Below are positions 50,001 through 60,307 of a DNA stretch of 64,000 bases, one piece after another. How positions within the stretch are numbered: position 1 is the stretch's first letter; each line of letters starts with the position of its first letter. The notes beneath the pieces were generated by a model. That model made no database searches and had not been told where the DNA came from. It was given only the letters and a program-made list of their open reading frames with translations. This stretch comes from a virus: positions 64,001 to 128,000 of IMG/VR virus record IMGVR_UViG_3300009152_000030. One strand, 5' to 3'. The translations under genes and the position numbers were made by a program.

Positions 50001-53000
50001 TGGAAAGGTTTTGATGTTAAAGATATGATTCTTGATATTGCATTAGTTTGGGGTGGTGAATTTGTAGTTGCAAAAATAGGAGCAGGAATTGTAAAGGTTG
50101 GATCTTTTATTATTGGCAAAGGAACTGCTGTAGTCAAAGCAGGAGGAGCAGTAGTTGCTAACACTAAAGCAGGCTCAACGGTAATGACAACCGCAGGAGC
50201 TGTTACTGCATGGTGGAAAACAAGTGGTTTTGTTGTGGCTTGTACGCAAAAACTTTCTGCTATCAGACATTGGCTGCTTTGGAATTCAGCAGCTACGGAT
50301 ATTAGAATTGCTGGTCTTTTAGTAAAAGATAAAGTTTCTGCTATCGGAAGCCGTCTAGGGATGGCAGCAGCAACTGTTCCCAAGACTTCAATTAGAGCAC
50401 GCGTAGCTGCCCAAGATGCGTTAGCCGCTGGGGGTATGAGCTCAAAGACTATTCAATTTGTTCCAGGAAAACAAACACTTATTACAGCTGCTTCAGTTGC
50501 TGGTGAAGATATATACGATGCCTACAGTAAGAGTTTAACGCAAGACCAGCTTAATACTGAATTAGCAAAAAACAGAATTAATAATAGTGTTGGTGGGTTT
50601 GGTCTGAATTCTGCTAATGCTCAATTAAACGTCGAAAGTTTCTATTATGATTTTCATGAAAGAACAATCAATGGCGCAAATCCTAATTATGATCAAGATT
50701 CAGTTGTATTAACAAGTATTACAAGATGGCAAGGAGGAGCTTCTGGGGATATAATTGATGCCGACGTAGGACTTGATATTGAACGCTTTTTTGAAGCTGC
50801 AGGTCGAGATGGAGATCCAGTTAAAAAACCTCTTCTATTAAAAAATAACAAAGGATACAAAAATCCAAGAAAAGTTGTTGATTTTGTTACTGAGTTTGAA
50901 GAGATTATTAATAACCCAGGATCAAATGGTTGGATGAAGTTAACTGTTCCTAACAAGTACTTTATGGATTATATTTGGAACTATTTAATTATTCCTTATT
51001 TGAATAATGTTTTTGATTTCGAGAATATCTATAAAATTAGCACTGAGACAGAATTCTTCCCAAAGACAAGAGAACTTTTAATTGCACAAGAACAGAGCCT
51101 AGTGGAAGCTACATACGAAGACTTAGATCTTCCTTTGCATCCTTACTGGAATCAAAGAGTAAGTGCTCTTGGATTTGATGCAGTTGTAGATAATTTTTAT
51201 CAGAATCAAGATATGCCTGATAATCAAGTTATTGCTAATTTCTCAAGAGGAAATAGTTTTACTGAGCCAGATTTTTATCTTTATAATCCATCGATTGACG
51301 GCAATGACGAACTACTTGCGGATCGACAGATTGATAACACAAAACTAAGCGCAAGATGGTCCGCTGAAGATATATATAATTTTGGAATTAATATGTCTGC
51401 TAACCTTGCTGCTGGAGATGTTGAGAGACTTCAAAAAACAGGTAGCCCTTTAAACGCAGATTTACGAGGTGGAACTCCTGCTACCCGCAAAAATTTTAAA
51501 GATACATACAAGTCATTCCTTGATCAGAATAAATTAATGGAAGGAGTAATTGGAGCTTGGAATAACGAAATTCATGATACGCAAGTTGCTCCCAAGCAGG
51601 ATCCTAATCTTGATAATGCTGACAAAGTTGATAAGGCTACTGGTGAAAATCTTGCATATCCAAAGTCAAAAAGCCCAAAGGCTGGATGGGAAGAACTAGT
51701 ATTATGGCTTGGCCCTAATCAAGACTTACTTGCTCCTATGTCTATGAACTTTGACAAAAGTGATAGTGAGAACATTAACCTAAGAATGAGTACACTTGCA
51801 AACGTTACTCTTCAGGATTTTAATAGAGTCAAAGGAGAAGACTATATTCTTAGAATGCAGCAATATCTTCGAGAAGATTATAACGAGTTCTTAAAAAGCA
51901 TTAAGCGCCCAGAAGTTGGCGAGACAGAAGAAGGTATTTCTCCTGATGAGTCCATAGAACCTTCTCCTGCCGGAACTGCAGAAAAACCAAGACAAAAATT
52001 TGGACAACCAGAAGAAACTAATCAATCAGTGGCAAGACCAGATTTTAATCTTTATAACTTTTTTGATGACGACTGTGGCGGAGGAGATCCTTCAGTCCTG
52101 TTACAGTTTTCTACTGAAAGATACGCAAACTTAACTAGATTACATGATGGACTAAAAAGCATTGGTAGAAAAAAACTAGCAGCAAGAAGAGCTTATCCTG
52201 TTTGTAAAATTTATCTAATAGAAGAAGACGATATTTATAATTCAGAATATGTAGAGTTAGATGAAATTTATACATATTCTAAAATTGAGCGATTGGAAAT
52301 TGCTGATAGTCGTAAACGTCCAAGTTCTATTTGTCGACTTACATTTGTAGATCCAAATGGTGTCCTTACTGGTTTTAATCAGTTCTCAAAAGCAGCCAAC
52401 TCTATATTGATTGGCGATGATAAGATTACTGAAAGAAGAGCTAATGTTGGAACTGGGTTAGATTTCGAATCTAGCAATGCGCTTGTTAGAGGTACAGAAT
52501 TTGAGCAATCCGATATTGGGTTTGTTTTAAATGCGGGGATGAAGATTAAAGTATGCTTAGGTTTTAGTAATGATGCTAATAAGCTAGAAGAGGTATTTCT
52601 TGGAGAAATTACTGATATTAATCTAGATGGCTCTGGGAATAAGATTGAAGTTGTTGCCCAGTCTTATGGAGCTGAATTAATTGCAAAATTAAAAGGAACT
52701 ACGCCAAAAGAGACATCAGTTCAGCATATGGATACTTTTGATCTTTTAGCTAGATTAATGTTTGAGCCAGAAATCATTCACTTTGGTAAAAAGAAATTTG
52801 ACAGTATTATTTCCTTTGGTGAAGACAAAAGTATTGAAGTATCAAACTTGGCTTATAAAGAAGGATTTGCTGTTGGCGGTATGCATAATGCTAGAAGAAA
52901 AGGTGGTTTTATAAACTATCTTTATACTTTTGAGGATAGTCTTGATATGAACTGGATTGACGGGACTCTTGACGCCTTAGAGAATTGGAAAACAAATGCA

Positions 53001-55169
53001 AATAAAGCTTATGTTATAAAGCCCAATGCAGGTCCTCAGGATGATAATCTATATATCCCTAGCTACCAACCCTTACAAGGTTACTATTGGTATGACTGGT
53101 TTGGCACATGGACTGGTGCACTAACAAGAGATGGTACAGCACGTGTTGTTCAAGTTGAAGATGGGCAAGTAAAAGAATTCGAAGATAGAGCCAAGAAGGC
53201 TGGAATTCCTACTTATTCTGCATGGGCAGCAGCAGCAACAACTCTTCCATTGGCTTGGAAATTGGGTAAAGGTGCGGGCGCTATTACTAAAACAAAAATT
53301 GGTCTTATAATAGCAGGAGCCTTAGGCTTTGGAGTTATACTTAAAGCCGTGTTCCAGGCAATGGGAACAGCCGGATACTATACAGTTGACTGGTTGCTTG
53401 GGCCAGATCAAGAGGAAGTGGAAAAAACGCTTGAAGAAGCAAAGTCTTATGGTGGTACTATCTTAGAAAGACATGCCCTTGCAAAAAGTAACCAAGACGA
53501 ACATAAACAAAATAGTCCAATGTTAATTTCCGTTTATGATCCTGAAACATTAATTTATAATGTTTTCTACTCTACAATCTGGGATGTCTTTGAGGAGATG
53601 ACCTATCGCCACCCTAGTTATGTCAAGCATCCTAGAATTTATAAGAATAGCAATAGAATGACTATGTTCTTTGGTCTTCCTGATCAAAATATGTGGGAAT
53701 ACTGTGGAGATCCTCTAGATGTTTATCGTCAAAATAAAATCTTTAGAAAAATACTAAAGTCAGGCGGAAAGCTAGAAGAAGGTAGCCCTTTCTTGCAAGA
53801 AACAAGAAGAGATACAAGAAGTGACTACACTCTTCCTGACTATGGGAATGTGCCAAGTGTTAATTCTGAAGAAATTGCAAATTTTGTCAGAATAGCAAGA
53901 AGACGTTTTAGACCATTCAGAACTTGGCATAATCTCAACTCCTATACAGACATTATTAGCAATGATATAGAGGCTACAGCTGATGGCTGGTATACAGAAG
54001 TTGAAGTGCAATTTAATGACAGCACCATAAAGGGTGGTGCGGTTACAGAGATTAAAAATCCTAATGCATTCATTGACTGGAATGCTAACAATTCTGTTAC
54101 AAGAAAGGCAAATATAGATTTATCTCCTCAGTTTATAAGAAAGACTACATACCAATTTCCTAACTGCAAAAGTAAAGGAATGGCTTCAACCTATGCAAGA
54201 TCAATACTTGCGAAACAAGCAAAAGAAATGTACAAAGGCTCACTTACAATTATGGGTAATCCCCATATCAAACCTTATGATATTTGTATCTTAAACGATA
54301 CTTATAACAATATTTATGGGCCTATAGAAGTTGAGGAAGTGCATCATATCTTTAGTCCAGAAACTGGGTATATTACACAACTTTACCCTGACACACTTGT
54401 AGTTGAAGAAGATGTTACTCCTTATATTATTTTCAATGGACTACAGAGTGGTGTTTACACTAGAACTCAATACTATATGGAATTAGCCCTTGCAGCTTTC
54501 CCAACATGGGGTGAAAAGAATAATATGACAAGTGAGGGACAGTACTATCTCGATAGTTTAAACCAAGTAATAGAAAATTACAGACAAAAAGTTATTGGAA
54601 TGCAAGAAGAAATAAGTGCTGCTGCCGATTTTACTGAGTTTTTATCAACAGGGGCTGGCGCTCTTGGCGGAATTGGCGGTGGATTATTAGGGTTAAGTAC
54701 TAAAAGATTCGTATTTGGATTTGGTGGATTTGGCAGTGCCGCTAGCGCACTTCTAGGATCTGCAATTGCTGGAAGCCTAGCTTATTTCTATGCATCTTCA
54801 TCTTTAACTTCAATCATATATAACTATATTGCTGAAGGTCGGGCCTACATGATGATTCCTTTGACAAGAGAAGGTATCCCCATGGTGGCAGGAACAAACA
54901 TAGGCATGAGTACTGGTATGTATAAGTCCCCTGGTCAATATATCCGTCAGTACTGGATGGATGGTGGACTTGGGCAGTCTATGACAAGAGCGGATTCTAT
55001 AATGAAAACTGCAAATGCAAGATTAAGATACGGCGCAGCAATGGATAACACTTTACTTGAAGCTCAGTTCACAGCAGACGACCTAGGCTTCACCTATGAT
55101 AAGATGTTTGAAGATATTGGTGGTAAACTTGCAAATGATTACTTGTTCCCCAAGGTAAAGAAACAATAA
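47004..55169 (+). CDS. Giant baseplate hub protein with an N-terminal M15 peptidase domain
   Basis: HPRGRAID...RWMG...DTMHF, then a Pro-rich linker. Hub-like C-terminal segments: GMKIKVCLGF..LEEVFLGEITD and YKGSLTIMGNPHIKPYD...VEEVHH. Confidence 0.75.
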   Translation: MSEQRKSTYTFGTDRYVPDPCASKTYFRRDPAKRNPLTDAPAGWHNLVDVDPRLEAMIKAASKFLPPGWQVTNKGSVNEPGSKNIPRPFTGHTTRAKSQQRPATILRSTSGKAHHPRGRAIDTALIDDNGDALPNIRSANYFRVYELFAQIVVKCIKEGLVVKDNGDAYDWSDLLPGGAGHSRGPTNDQGDALDRSYQNGGLNAAGQQTGIPQGGTGVRWMGYLIDNDGTGTDITADTMHFDFGGGGGGGGTFATGASQEVITRLKRLAKNQNISIKNELGGENPITKGVPNWAAFKLPQSAEESAARFREALGLRPIEVAQVDPPTPPVEVPAVLPPPPAVAVLPAPPAVEPTPPPPPPAEVTPAPTPAPVPPPPEPAKPEIAPPAETEGELLLAVRKYKKQIEELKEMGWNLYTKDLTSFDLFYKENTLIIPTSTNPNIKFDRSGIGIDNVYTSSHLFCDFISATSFNVFKKLPIQGISMPTAQFLGRADNSFLVSFKSLGLDSVRQIEVIKDTLKKQAIQYKFIPESYVLRVENNFINAMGDLYFVINGLDSATLPETPGTYATEMRLTANDIYIKNPKIKRQSLVSSKDIKRTFIEELLSRTSVTYGIEVPGKENIISSIDSISNNYDPTSITATDPNEAVIDLLDSSLNKIQDELFLYWNTTRSVWYNDTLQGLGEGHKAFMRNICGIINLCNRLIIPNGYRYIDTDYRLKIPEGKEIIDLFHRKGNGFLHPTLRYDEPYLWLKDYSKKYESEFLPGGMGTVLGQQYILFQLLAPIGLDGIAPAYWDFKLEFEHTEYDLSELPLRIEAFSFADGEGQSSYADALNAWSKSGDVKTNPMAPFIRSHRSVLALARNTWFLWMWRTSLMQQNATGNSALGYAASFFEGTPRVFVELRDANKTKTDTALRENWHYVRYFAPNEIFQEEIPGPNFLRGLTVEAKEYGVNIFELVKPITSLETLMFPQDDIGGGFKDGDDVSTSNPYTIMKPGAKMLFKPWKGFDVKDMILDIALVWGGEFVVAKIGAGIVKVGSFIIGKGTAVVKAGGAVVANTKAGSTVMTTAGAVTAWWKTSGFVVACTQKLSAIRHWLLWNSAATDIRIAGLLVKDKVSAIGSRLGMAAATVPKTSIRARVAAQDALAAGGMSSKTIQFVPGKQTLITAASVAGEDIYDAYSKSLTQDQLNTELAKNRINNSVGGFGLNSANAQLNVESFYYDFHERTINGANPNYDQDSVVLTSITRWQGGASGDIIDADVGLDIERFFEAAGRDGDPVKKPLLLKNNKGYKNPRKVVDFVTEFEEIINNPGSNGWMKLTVPNKYFMDYIWNYLIIPYLNNVFDFENIYKISTETEFFPKTRELLIAQEQSLVEATYEDLDLPLHPYWNQRVSALGFDAVVDNFYQNQDMPDNQVIANFSRGNSFTEPDFYLYNPSIDGNDELLADRQIDNTKLSARWSAEDIYNFGINMSANLAAGDVERLQKTGSPLNADLRGGTPATRKNFKDTYKSFLDQNKLMEGVIGAWNNEIHDTQVAPKQDPNLDNADKVDKATGENLAYPKSKSPKAGWEELVLWLGPNQDLLAPMSMNFDKSDSENINLRMSTLANVTLQDFNRVKGEDYILRMQQYLREDYNEFLKSIKRPEVGETEEGISPDESIEPSPAGTAEKPRQKFGQPEETNQSVARPDFNLYNFFDDDCGGGDPSVLLQFSTERYANLTRLHDGLKSIGRKKLAARRAYPVCKIYLIEEDDIYNSEYVELDEIYTYSKIERLEIADSRKRPSSICRLTFVDPNGVLTGFNQFSKAANSILIGDDKITERRANVGTGLDFESSNALVRGTEFEQSDIGFVLNAGMKIKVCLGFSNDANKLEEVFLGEITDINLDGSGNKIEVVAQSYGAELIAKLKGTTPKETSVQHMDTFDLLARLMFEPEIIHFGKKKFDSIISFGEDKSIEVSNLAYKEGFAVGGMHNARRKGGFINYLYTFEDSLDMNWIDGTLDALENWKTNANKAYVIKPNAGPQDDNLYIPSYQPLQGYYWYDWFGTWTGALTRDGTARVVQVEDGQVKEFEDRAKKAGIPTYSAWAAAATTLPLAWKLGKGAGAITKTKIGLIIAGALGFGVILKAVFQAMGTAGYYTVDWLLGPDQEEVEKTLEEAKSYGGTILERHALAKSNQDEHKQNSPMLISVYDPETLIYNVFYSTIWDVFEEMTYRHPSYVKHPRIYKNSNRMTMFFGLPDQNMWEYCGDPLDVYRQNKIFRKILKSGGKLEEGSPFLQETRRDTRSDYTLPDYGNVPSVNSEEIANFVRIARRRFRPFRTWHNLNSYTDIISNDIEATADGWYTEVEVQFNDSTIKGGAVTEIKNPNAFIDWNANNSVTRKANIDLSPQFIRKTTYQFPNCKSKGMASTYARSILAKQAKEMYKGSLTIMGNPHIKPYDICILNDTYNNIYGPIEVEEVHHIFSPETGYITQLYPDTLVVEEDVTPYIIFNGLQSGVYTRTQYYMELALAAFPTWGEKNNMTSEGQYYLDSLNQVIENYRQKVIGMQEEISAAADFTEFLSTGAGALGGIGGGLLGLSTKRFVFGFGGFGSAASALLGSAIAGSLAYFYASSSLTSIIYNYIAEGRAYMMIPLTREGIPMVAGTNIGMSTGMYKSPGQYIRQYWMDGGLGQSMTRADSIMKTANARLRYGAAMDNTLLEAQFTADDLGFTYDKMFEDIGGKLANDYLFPKVKKQ
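47976..48161 (+). repeat. Proline-rich low-complexity linker
   Basis: PPTPPVEVPAVLPPPPAVAVLPAPPAVEPTPPPPP..., with an internal repeat of GTACTACCA. Confidence 0.8.
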
Positions 55170-55744
55170 TGCCCAAAGTACCAAAGACAAATATTGGCTA
55201 TAAAATAAACAAATCCTTTGACCAGCAGTCGGTAGGTAGTCCAGGGTTACATACTTCTGTGAGTGTTAAGGGTTATATTCAATCGGTTTTCTTTCCAGGG
55301 GATATTTTACCCTCAGGGACTCAACTTGTTGGTAATAGTGTTTATATTGACTTTAGAATTAGCCTAATACAAGGTAGAGATAAAGCTGGAAATAAAAGTA
55401 TTGTACATGGAGAAGTTCTGGACGTTGAGTGGAATAATATATTAGAAAGTAACTCTAGGAGTGAAAGTCCTAAAGTATTTAGATTAACTTCTACTCCTCA
55501 AGAATTGTTTACTAGCTTTGGTTCAAAGCAAACAATAGAAAGAATACAACCTGTTATTGAGTATACATTTAGTCCTACAAGTTTTTTATCTGGTGTTGCT
55601 ACTATAATTGGAGATTCTAGATTTGGCAATGGAGGAGAAATTTCTCCTGAGCAATGGTCATATACACATAATAAAAATAGATCTGGTAATGCTATTCAAA
55701 TATTCTCAGCAATGCTAAATAATATAAAAATCCCTGGGTTTTAA
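55169..55744 (+). CDS. Baseplate protein (possible spike N-terminal part)
   Basis: Coupled to the hub gene (TAATG). Assigned by position only. Confidence 0.4.
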   Translation: MPKVPKTNIGYKINKSFDQQSVGSPGLHTSVSVKGYIQSVFFPGDILPSGTQLVGNSVYIDFRISLIQGRDKAGNKSIVHGEVLDVEWNNILESNSRSESPKVFRLTSTPQELFTSFGSKQTIERIQPVIEYTFSPTSFLSGVATIIGDSRFGNGGEISPEQWSYTHNKNRSGNAIQIFSAMLNNIKIPGF

Positions 55745-55752
55745 GGAACAAA

Positions 55753-56070
55753 ATGGCTGAAACAAAAATTATCAAGCTCCCTGACGGAGAAGCTTTTATT
55801 GAAGTTGGATTAGATTATGTAAGAATAGGAGCAGGAACAGAAACTTTCCTTGTCCTAGATAAAAAATCTATGAACGCAGGAGCTGGCTCTATGAACTGGC
55901 AAATGAGCCCTGACCAGATGACATACTATGGCATGCTAACTCATGTTAATCCAATTGCTGGAATGTTTCCAATTGGTCCAAAGTATATGATTAGTCCAGG
56001 TCCACTGCTTGCTTTTGCTAATATGTTTGCTATGAATGCACTAATAGGCGGCGCTGTAGGTATGCTTTAA
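55753..56070 (+). CDS. Baseplate protein (possible spike beta-strand segment)
   Basis: Short beta repeats (AFIEVGLDYVRIGAG). Position between the hub and gp25-like genes. Confidence 0.4.
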   Translation: MAETKIIKLPDGEAFIEVGLDYVRIGAGTETFLVLDKKSMNAGAGSMNWQMSPDQMTYYGMLTHVNPIAGMFPIGPKYMISPGPLLAFANMFAMNALIGGAVGML

Positions 56071-56543
56071 TGGCTTCAATTCAAGATCCATATGGAGTAA
56101 AAGATATAAAGATTTCACCTAACTGGGACTTTGCATTGACTAGCAGACCAGAGGGTTATTCGGATCTTGCTTTTACAGACGAGTCAAGTCTTGATACTTT
56201 TAAACAGGTAATTAGATTATGTTTAAATACAGCAGTGGGAACATATAAAACTAACTTACAGTTTGGTGCGTCTCCTAAAGGGAAAAAAAGTCTTGTGACT
56301 TCAAATGGAATGGCTCAGCTAAGATCTTATATATATCAGAATATGGTTAATAGTAATATTAATCCAAATAGGTACGCATTAAAAGTTGATGTAATTCCTG
56401 ATCCAGTTAATAAAGAAGCAGTTATTATTCATGTGCAATTGAATATTCCTTCAGTTAATGGTGGCACTATACCAGTTATGATCAACTCTGTATTCTATGA
56501 TGGCACGCAGGAACTTAAAACAATTACAGGTTTTGGAGAATAA
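56070..56543 (+). CDS. Baseplate wedge/sheath initiator (T4 gp25/P2 W-like)
   Basis: DLA...QVIRLCLNTAVGTY....FG pattern, directly before the J-like gene. Confidence 0.7.
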   Translation: MASIQDPYGVKDIKISPNWDFALTSRPEGYSDLAFTDESSLDTFKQVIRLCLNTAVGTYKTNLQFGASPKGKKSLVTSNGMAQLRSYIYQNMVNSNINPNRYALKVDVIPDPVNKEAVIIHVQLNIPSVNGGTIPVMINSVFYDGTQELKTITGFGE

Positions 56544-56545
56544 TA

Positions 56546-57721
56546 ATGGGAATAAGATCTGAAAACGCTATAAGAAAAGAAATCATTAATGATTCAAAGC
56601 GTAGACTTGGTGCTACGTATTATGGAGCTGGCTCTATGTTAGATGGCCTTGCGACGGATATAAGCAAGCAAATTGCACAGCTAGAAGCCCAACAAGAACA
56701 AATCTTAAGAGATATACATTTCAATACAATTGCAGAAGACCAAATTTCAAAGTATGCAGAAGATTTTAATGTCAAGAGAAAGATCGGCAGAAAAGCTAAG
56801 TCTGAATCCACTGACTTTAATGTATTAGTTAGTTCAACAAATGGGTTATCCATTAATAGCAATTTAAGACTAAACAATATTGAAATAGTAGGATTAACAC
56901 TTACAAGTGGAAATAAGAAATATTTTATAACAGAAATTGAACCTAATGGATATTCTCAGCTAAGTGCGTATGTTGGTGTCCAGGCCTATGCTTTGGGTGC
57001 AGATTTCAATGTATCTAAAGGTGAGTTAAATAAATTTGAAAAATCTTATCAAGGGCTTACCGTTACAAACACAAGAGCAATCTTGAATGGAGAAGATCTA
57101 GAAACAATGGATTCTATAAGAAATAGAATCCTTGAGAAAATTGAATCAAATGCAAATACTGAATTTATTTTAAATAGCGCAATTTCAAGACTATCTGGAT
57201 TAGGTAAAACTACAATAATAAGAAACTATGATGGCCCTGGAGCTTTAATGGTTTGTGTCCAACCTTACTCTGGAGTTGTATATCCTGAGTCAACAATCCG
57301 AGAGCTACAAACAAAGTTAGAAATGGAAATAGGTGCTGGAAGAAAAGTTCTGGTTAAAAACTTTGATCCAGTTGGATTTGTTTTTAAAACAACAATTACA
57401 GCAAAAGCAGGATTTACAGCTACAAATCTTATTGATAGTGTAAAGATTGCAATTAGTGATTACTTCAACGGACTTAGTGGAGGCCAAAGTGTTTCACTTG
57501 GTGCTCTTGCTGCACGAGTATTAAATTCAGTTCCTGGTGTTAAAAGTTTAGGCTCCGGCTCAAACAGTTTTGACTCTGTTGTTTACACAACTTACGAAGG
57601 AAGTGCAAAGTTTAAATATATAGCAAGTCCAGGTGAAAGTATTTCTATTTTAGATACTCAAATTGCAACATTAGGTTCACCCGATGGTTCTCCCGCTGTA
57701 ATCATAGATGTAATCGAATAA
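56546..57721 (+). CDS. Baseplate J-like wedge protein
   Basis: GSMLDGL, VQAYALGADFNV, VTNTRAILNGEDLETMDSIRNRI and GPG motifs. Confidence 0.85.
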   Translation: MGIRSENAIRKEIINDSKRRLGATYYGAGSMLDGLATDISKQIAQLEAQQEQILRDIHFNTIAEDQISKYAEDFNVKRKIGRKAKSESTDFNVLVSSTNGLSINSNLRLNNIEIVGLTLTSGNKKYFITEIEPNGYSQLSAYVGVQAYALGADFNVSKGELNKFEKSYQGLTVTNTRAILNGEDLETMDSIRNRILEKIESNANTEFILNSAISRLSGLGKTTIIRNYDGPGALMVCVQPYSGVVYPESTIRELQTKLEMEIGAGRKVLVKNFDPVGFVFKTTITAKAGFTATNLIDSVKIAISDYFNGLSGGQSVSLGALAARVLNSVPGVKSLGSGSNSFDSVVYTTYEGSAKFKYIASPGESISILDTQIATLGSPDGSPAVIIDVIE

Positions 57722-57722
57722 C

Positions 57723-59405
57723 ATGAGTTTTTATAAAGAACTAAGAAAAAGACCTTACTATTCATTAAGTGCGCAAAAACTTGCCAATTCCTTTCCGGAT
57801 TGGTCTCTTGCAAGATCGGATAAGCATAGTAATTTCCAAACAATAATGTCTGACATGTCAGAGCAATTTGATATGTTTTCATTTTTAGTGCATAACAACT
57901 ATAATAATCAATTCTATCCAGAACAAGATGTTACCTTACCAACTTATTACTATAAGTACTCTGATGATGGAAGTGTTTTTTTTACAGTAGGCACGGGAAC
58001 TTTTAATCTACCACCAAGTACTGTTGTTGGAAAGATTGGAGCAACAACATATGAGCTAACCCCCTGCTCTTATGGTGATATTCTAGATTTAGGAAATCGC
58101 CAATACCTAAGCTTTGAAGAGTCTATTGATAGAGATGCAAGAGTCTCGGTCTTGGAAGCAAAAAATGCGTATGGCTCTAATCCTTATCTTGGTTTTTTTG
58201 ATAGTATCAAAAGTAAAAGCGAGTTCATTCTTTTTATTAAAGAGCCAATCTACTTAGGGTTTGCTTTAATACCAAAAGATGAGACTCTTGAAATTGTAAA
58301 AGAAGATTTCTTTGCTAAAAGAAAAAACTCAGCAGGAAAAAGTGCTTATATTTTTGGTAATGCTATTCTTGCAGAATATCAAACAACTGCTAATATATCA
58401 CTTATTAACCTATTACCAAAGTATGAACATTCATTTGAAGGAGTTATTGCTCCGGGAATTTATGTTATGAAATTTGACCTACTACTTGAAAGTCAATTAG
58501 ACAACTTCTATGTACAATTGGTAATAAATAATTCGTTTCCTTCTTCAAGAAAGAAAACATTATATACTAGAAACTATACAATTGAAAATGCAAACAAAAC
58601 ATCTTTTATGTCTATAAAAGATGATTCACTAGTTGTTGAAAGCATTGACTATGTTCAAGAAACTAGCGATTTTGTACTTGATAGTTATCTACTATTTGAT
58701 GATAACAATGAAACAGTATATCCTTCTTCTTTCTTAAAGAAAGAAGTAATCATGTATGCATTAGAGAATCCGAGTGACTCAGAAGAACCTAGCAAACTTC
58801 ATATGTATGATTTGTTTTTACATGGAGCTCATAGTGTATACAATGACAACACTACTTATGCAATGAATGTTGTCTGTGATAAGATCGACTACAAGCCTGG
58901 AGATGAAATATATCTTGAAACTAGACCAGTAGAATTTCTTTACGGAAACAAAGTAAGAACTTTTGTAATGCAAGTTGAAAATATTGAAAGTGGATTGAAA
59001 TATTATATTGGTGCCGATGGCTATAACTTCGCAGAGGAAGATCCTTGGGATCCAGGTCCAGTTAGAACTTTTGATTTAAAGAATCAAGAAGTAAGATGGA
59101 AGTATACTCTTCCCGTCGATCTAGTAGGAACTTTTGTCTTTACTGTTTTTGATGTAAATACAAGACTAACAATTGGTAAAAAAATTATTAATGTTGATTA
59201 CAAAGTGCCTTATAAGAGTTTTATTTTAGATGCGAATTACACTGGATACGAATTAGGTTTCAATCCAGACCAAGAACTTGAACTTACAAAAAGTATTAAT
59301 GAAATAAAATGTTTGTCCTTTATTAAGGATGGTTGGATTTATGATGCAACAAGTAATGCTATTTATACAAATACAGAGTTTGATGAACTTGTAACGGGGT
59401 ATTAA
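57723..59405 (+). CDS. Baseplate/structural protein
   Basis: 560-aa ORF after the J-like gene, with an N-terminal N.FP.W motif. Confidence 0.5.
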   Translation: MSFYKELRKRPYYSLSAQKLANSFPDWSLARSDKHSNFQTIMSDMSEQFDMFSFLVHNNYNNQFYPEQDVTLPTYYYKYSDDGSVFFTVGTGTFNLPPSTVVGKIGATTYELTPCSYGDILDLGNRQYLSFEESIDRDARVSVLEAKNAYGSNPYLGFFDSIKSKSEFILFIKEPIYLGFALIPKDETLEIVKEDFFAKRKNSAGKSAYIFGNAILAEYQTTANISLINLLPKYEHSFEGVIAPGIYVMKFDLLLESQLDNFYVQLVINNSFPSSRKKTLYTRNYTIENANKTSFMSIKDDSLVVESIDYVQETSDFVLDSYLLFDDNNETVYPSSFLKKEVIMYALENPSDSEEPSKLHMYDLFLHGAHSVYNDNTTYAMNVVCDKIDYKPGDEIYLETRPVEFLYGNKVRTFVMQVENIESGLKYYIGADGYNFAEEDPWDPGPVRTFDLKNQEVRWKYTLPVDLVGTFVFTVFDVNTRLTIGKKIINVDYKVPYKSFILDANYTGYELGFNPDQELELTKSINEIKCLSFIKDGWIYDATSNAIYTNTEFDELVTGY

Positions 59406-60307
59406 TGTCTACTTTTCGGAAAATTGATTCGCCAAAGTCTAGCATAGACATAGATAATGCTGCTTTTAAGTTTGGACTTGTTAGAGGAGACAAAGAGTCC
59501 ATTAAGGATTTTAAAAGACGTGTTCTGTCTTTGTTCACACATAGCTCATCATTGACTGACCAAGGTATCTCTGCAACGCTTGCAAGGGCTTTTAACACTA
59601 GGCCATACCTTGCTGGCTATATCGACACCCAACCAAACGCAATGGTACCGCCAACACGGATTAATTTTGATGGATATACCCTAATGGTGGAGAGTGGCGC
59701 AGGAAGTAGAGTTTCTCCTGGTGGAATTCTCTATACAAAAATTGGTGCGGAAACATTAGTATCTGACTGTGTGACTCTTCTTGCAGAAGATAATGTTGCT
59801 ATATATAACATTATAGATCCAAGATTTAATAATAAAAAACTATTATCAATCTTGCCGTTTAAAAACTATGAAGATGATCTCTCGGCAGACGTAAGACCAG
59901 GAGTTAATAGATTACCTCATAGGAATATAGTTCCAGATTCTTTTATCTCCGATAGCATTATTATTAGAACTAGAAAATCAAGCCCAAGAGAAGTTGCGTC
60001 TTCTGGAGACTATTATTACGATGGAGTAGATAAATTAATTATTTATGATTCTAGTAGATTTGGAGATATTAAAGTATCATATTCAGTAGTGCATAGATAT
60101 ATACCAATTTACTATTGTCCAGTAAAAGTAGTAAGTGCATACAAAATATTACAAACCATGGCTTCAAATGTTGAAACTGCCTCTTCAGTCGTACCTGTCT
60201 CAGACAGTGATATAGATATTCTTTGGGATATCTTCATTACAAGTAAGGTCTGGAAAAGCAATCAAACAAGCCCCATATCTGCAAACGGAACATTCTATGG
60301 CTCTTAA
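59405..60307 (+). CDS. Baseplate wedge protein (P2 I-like N-terminus)
   Basis: IDNAAFKFGLVRGDKESIKDFKRRV matches the D...G..R..GE.D..YR.R pattern. Confidence 0.6.
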   Translation: MSTFRKIDSPKSSIDIDNAAFKFGLVRGDKESIKDFKRRVLSLFTHSSSLTDQGISATLARAFNTRPYLAGYIDTQPNAMVPPTRINFDGYTLMVESGAGSRVSPGGILYTKIGAETLVSDCVTLLAEDNVAIYNIIDPRFNNKKLLSILPFKNYEDDLSADVRPGVNRLPHRNIVPDSFISDSIIIRTRKSSPREVASSGDYYYDGVDKLIIYDSSRFGDIKVSYSVVHRYIPIYYCPVKVVSAYKILQTMASNVETASSVVPVSDSDIDILWDIFITSKVWKSNQTSPISANGTFYGS

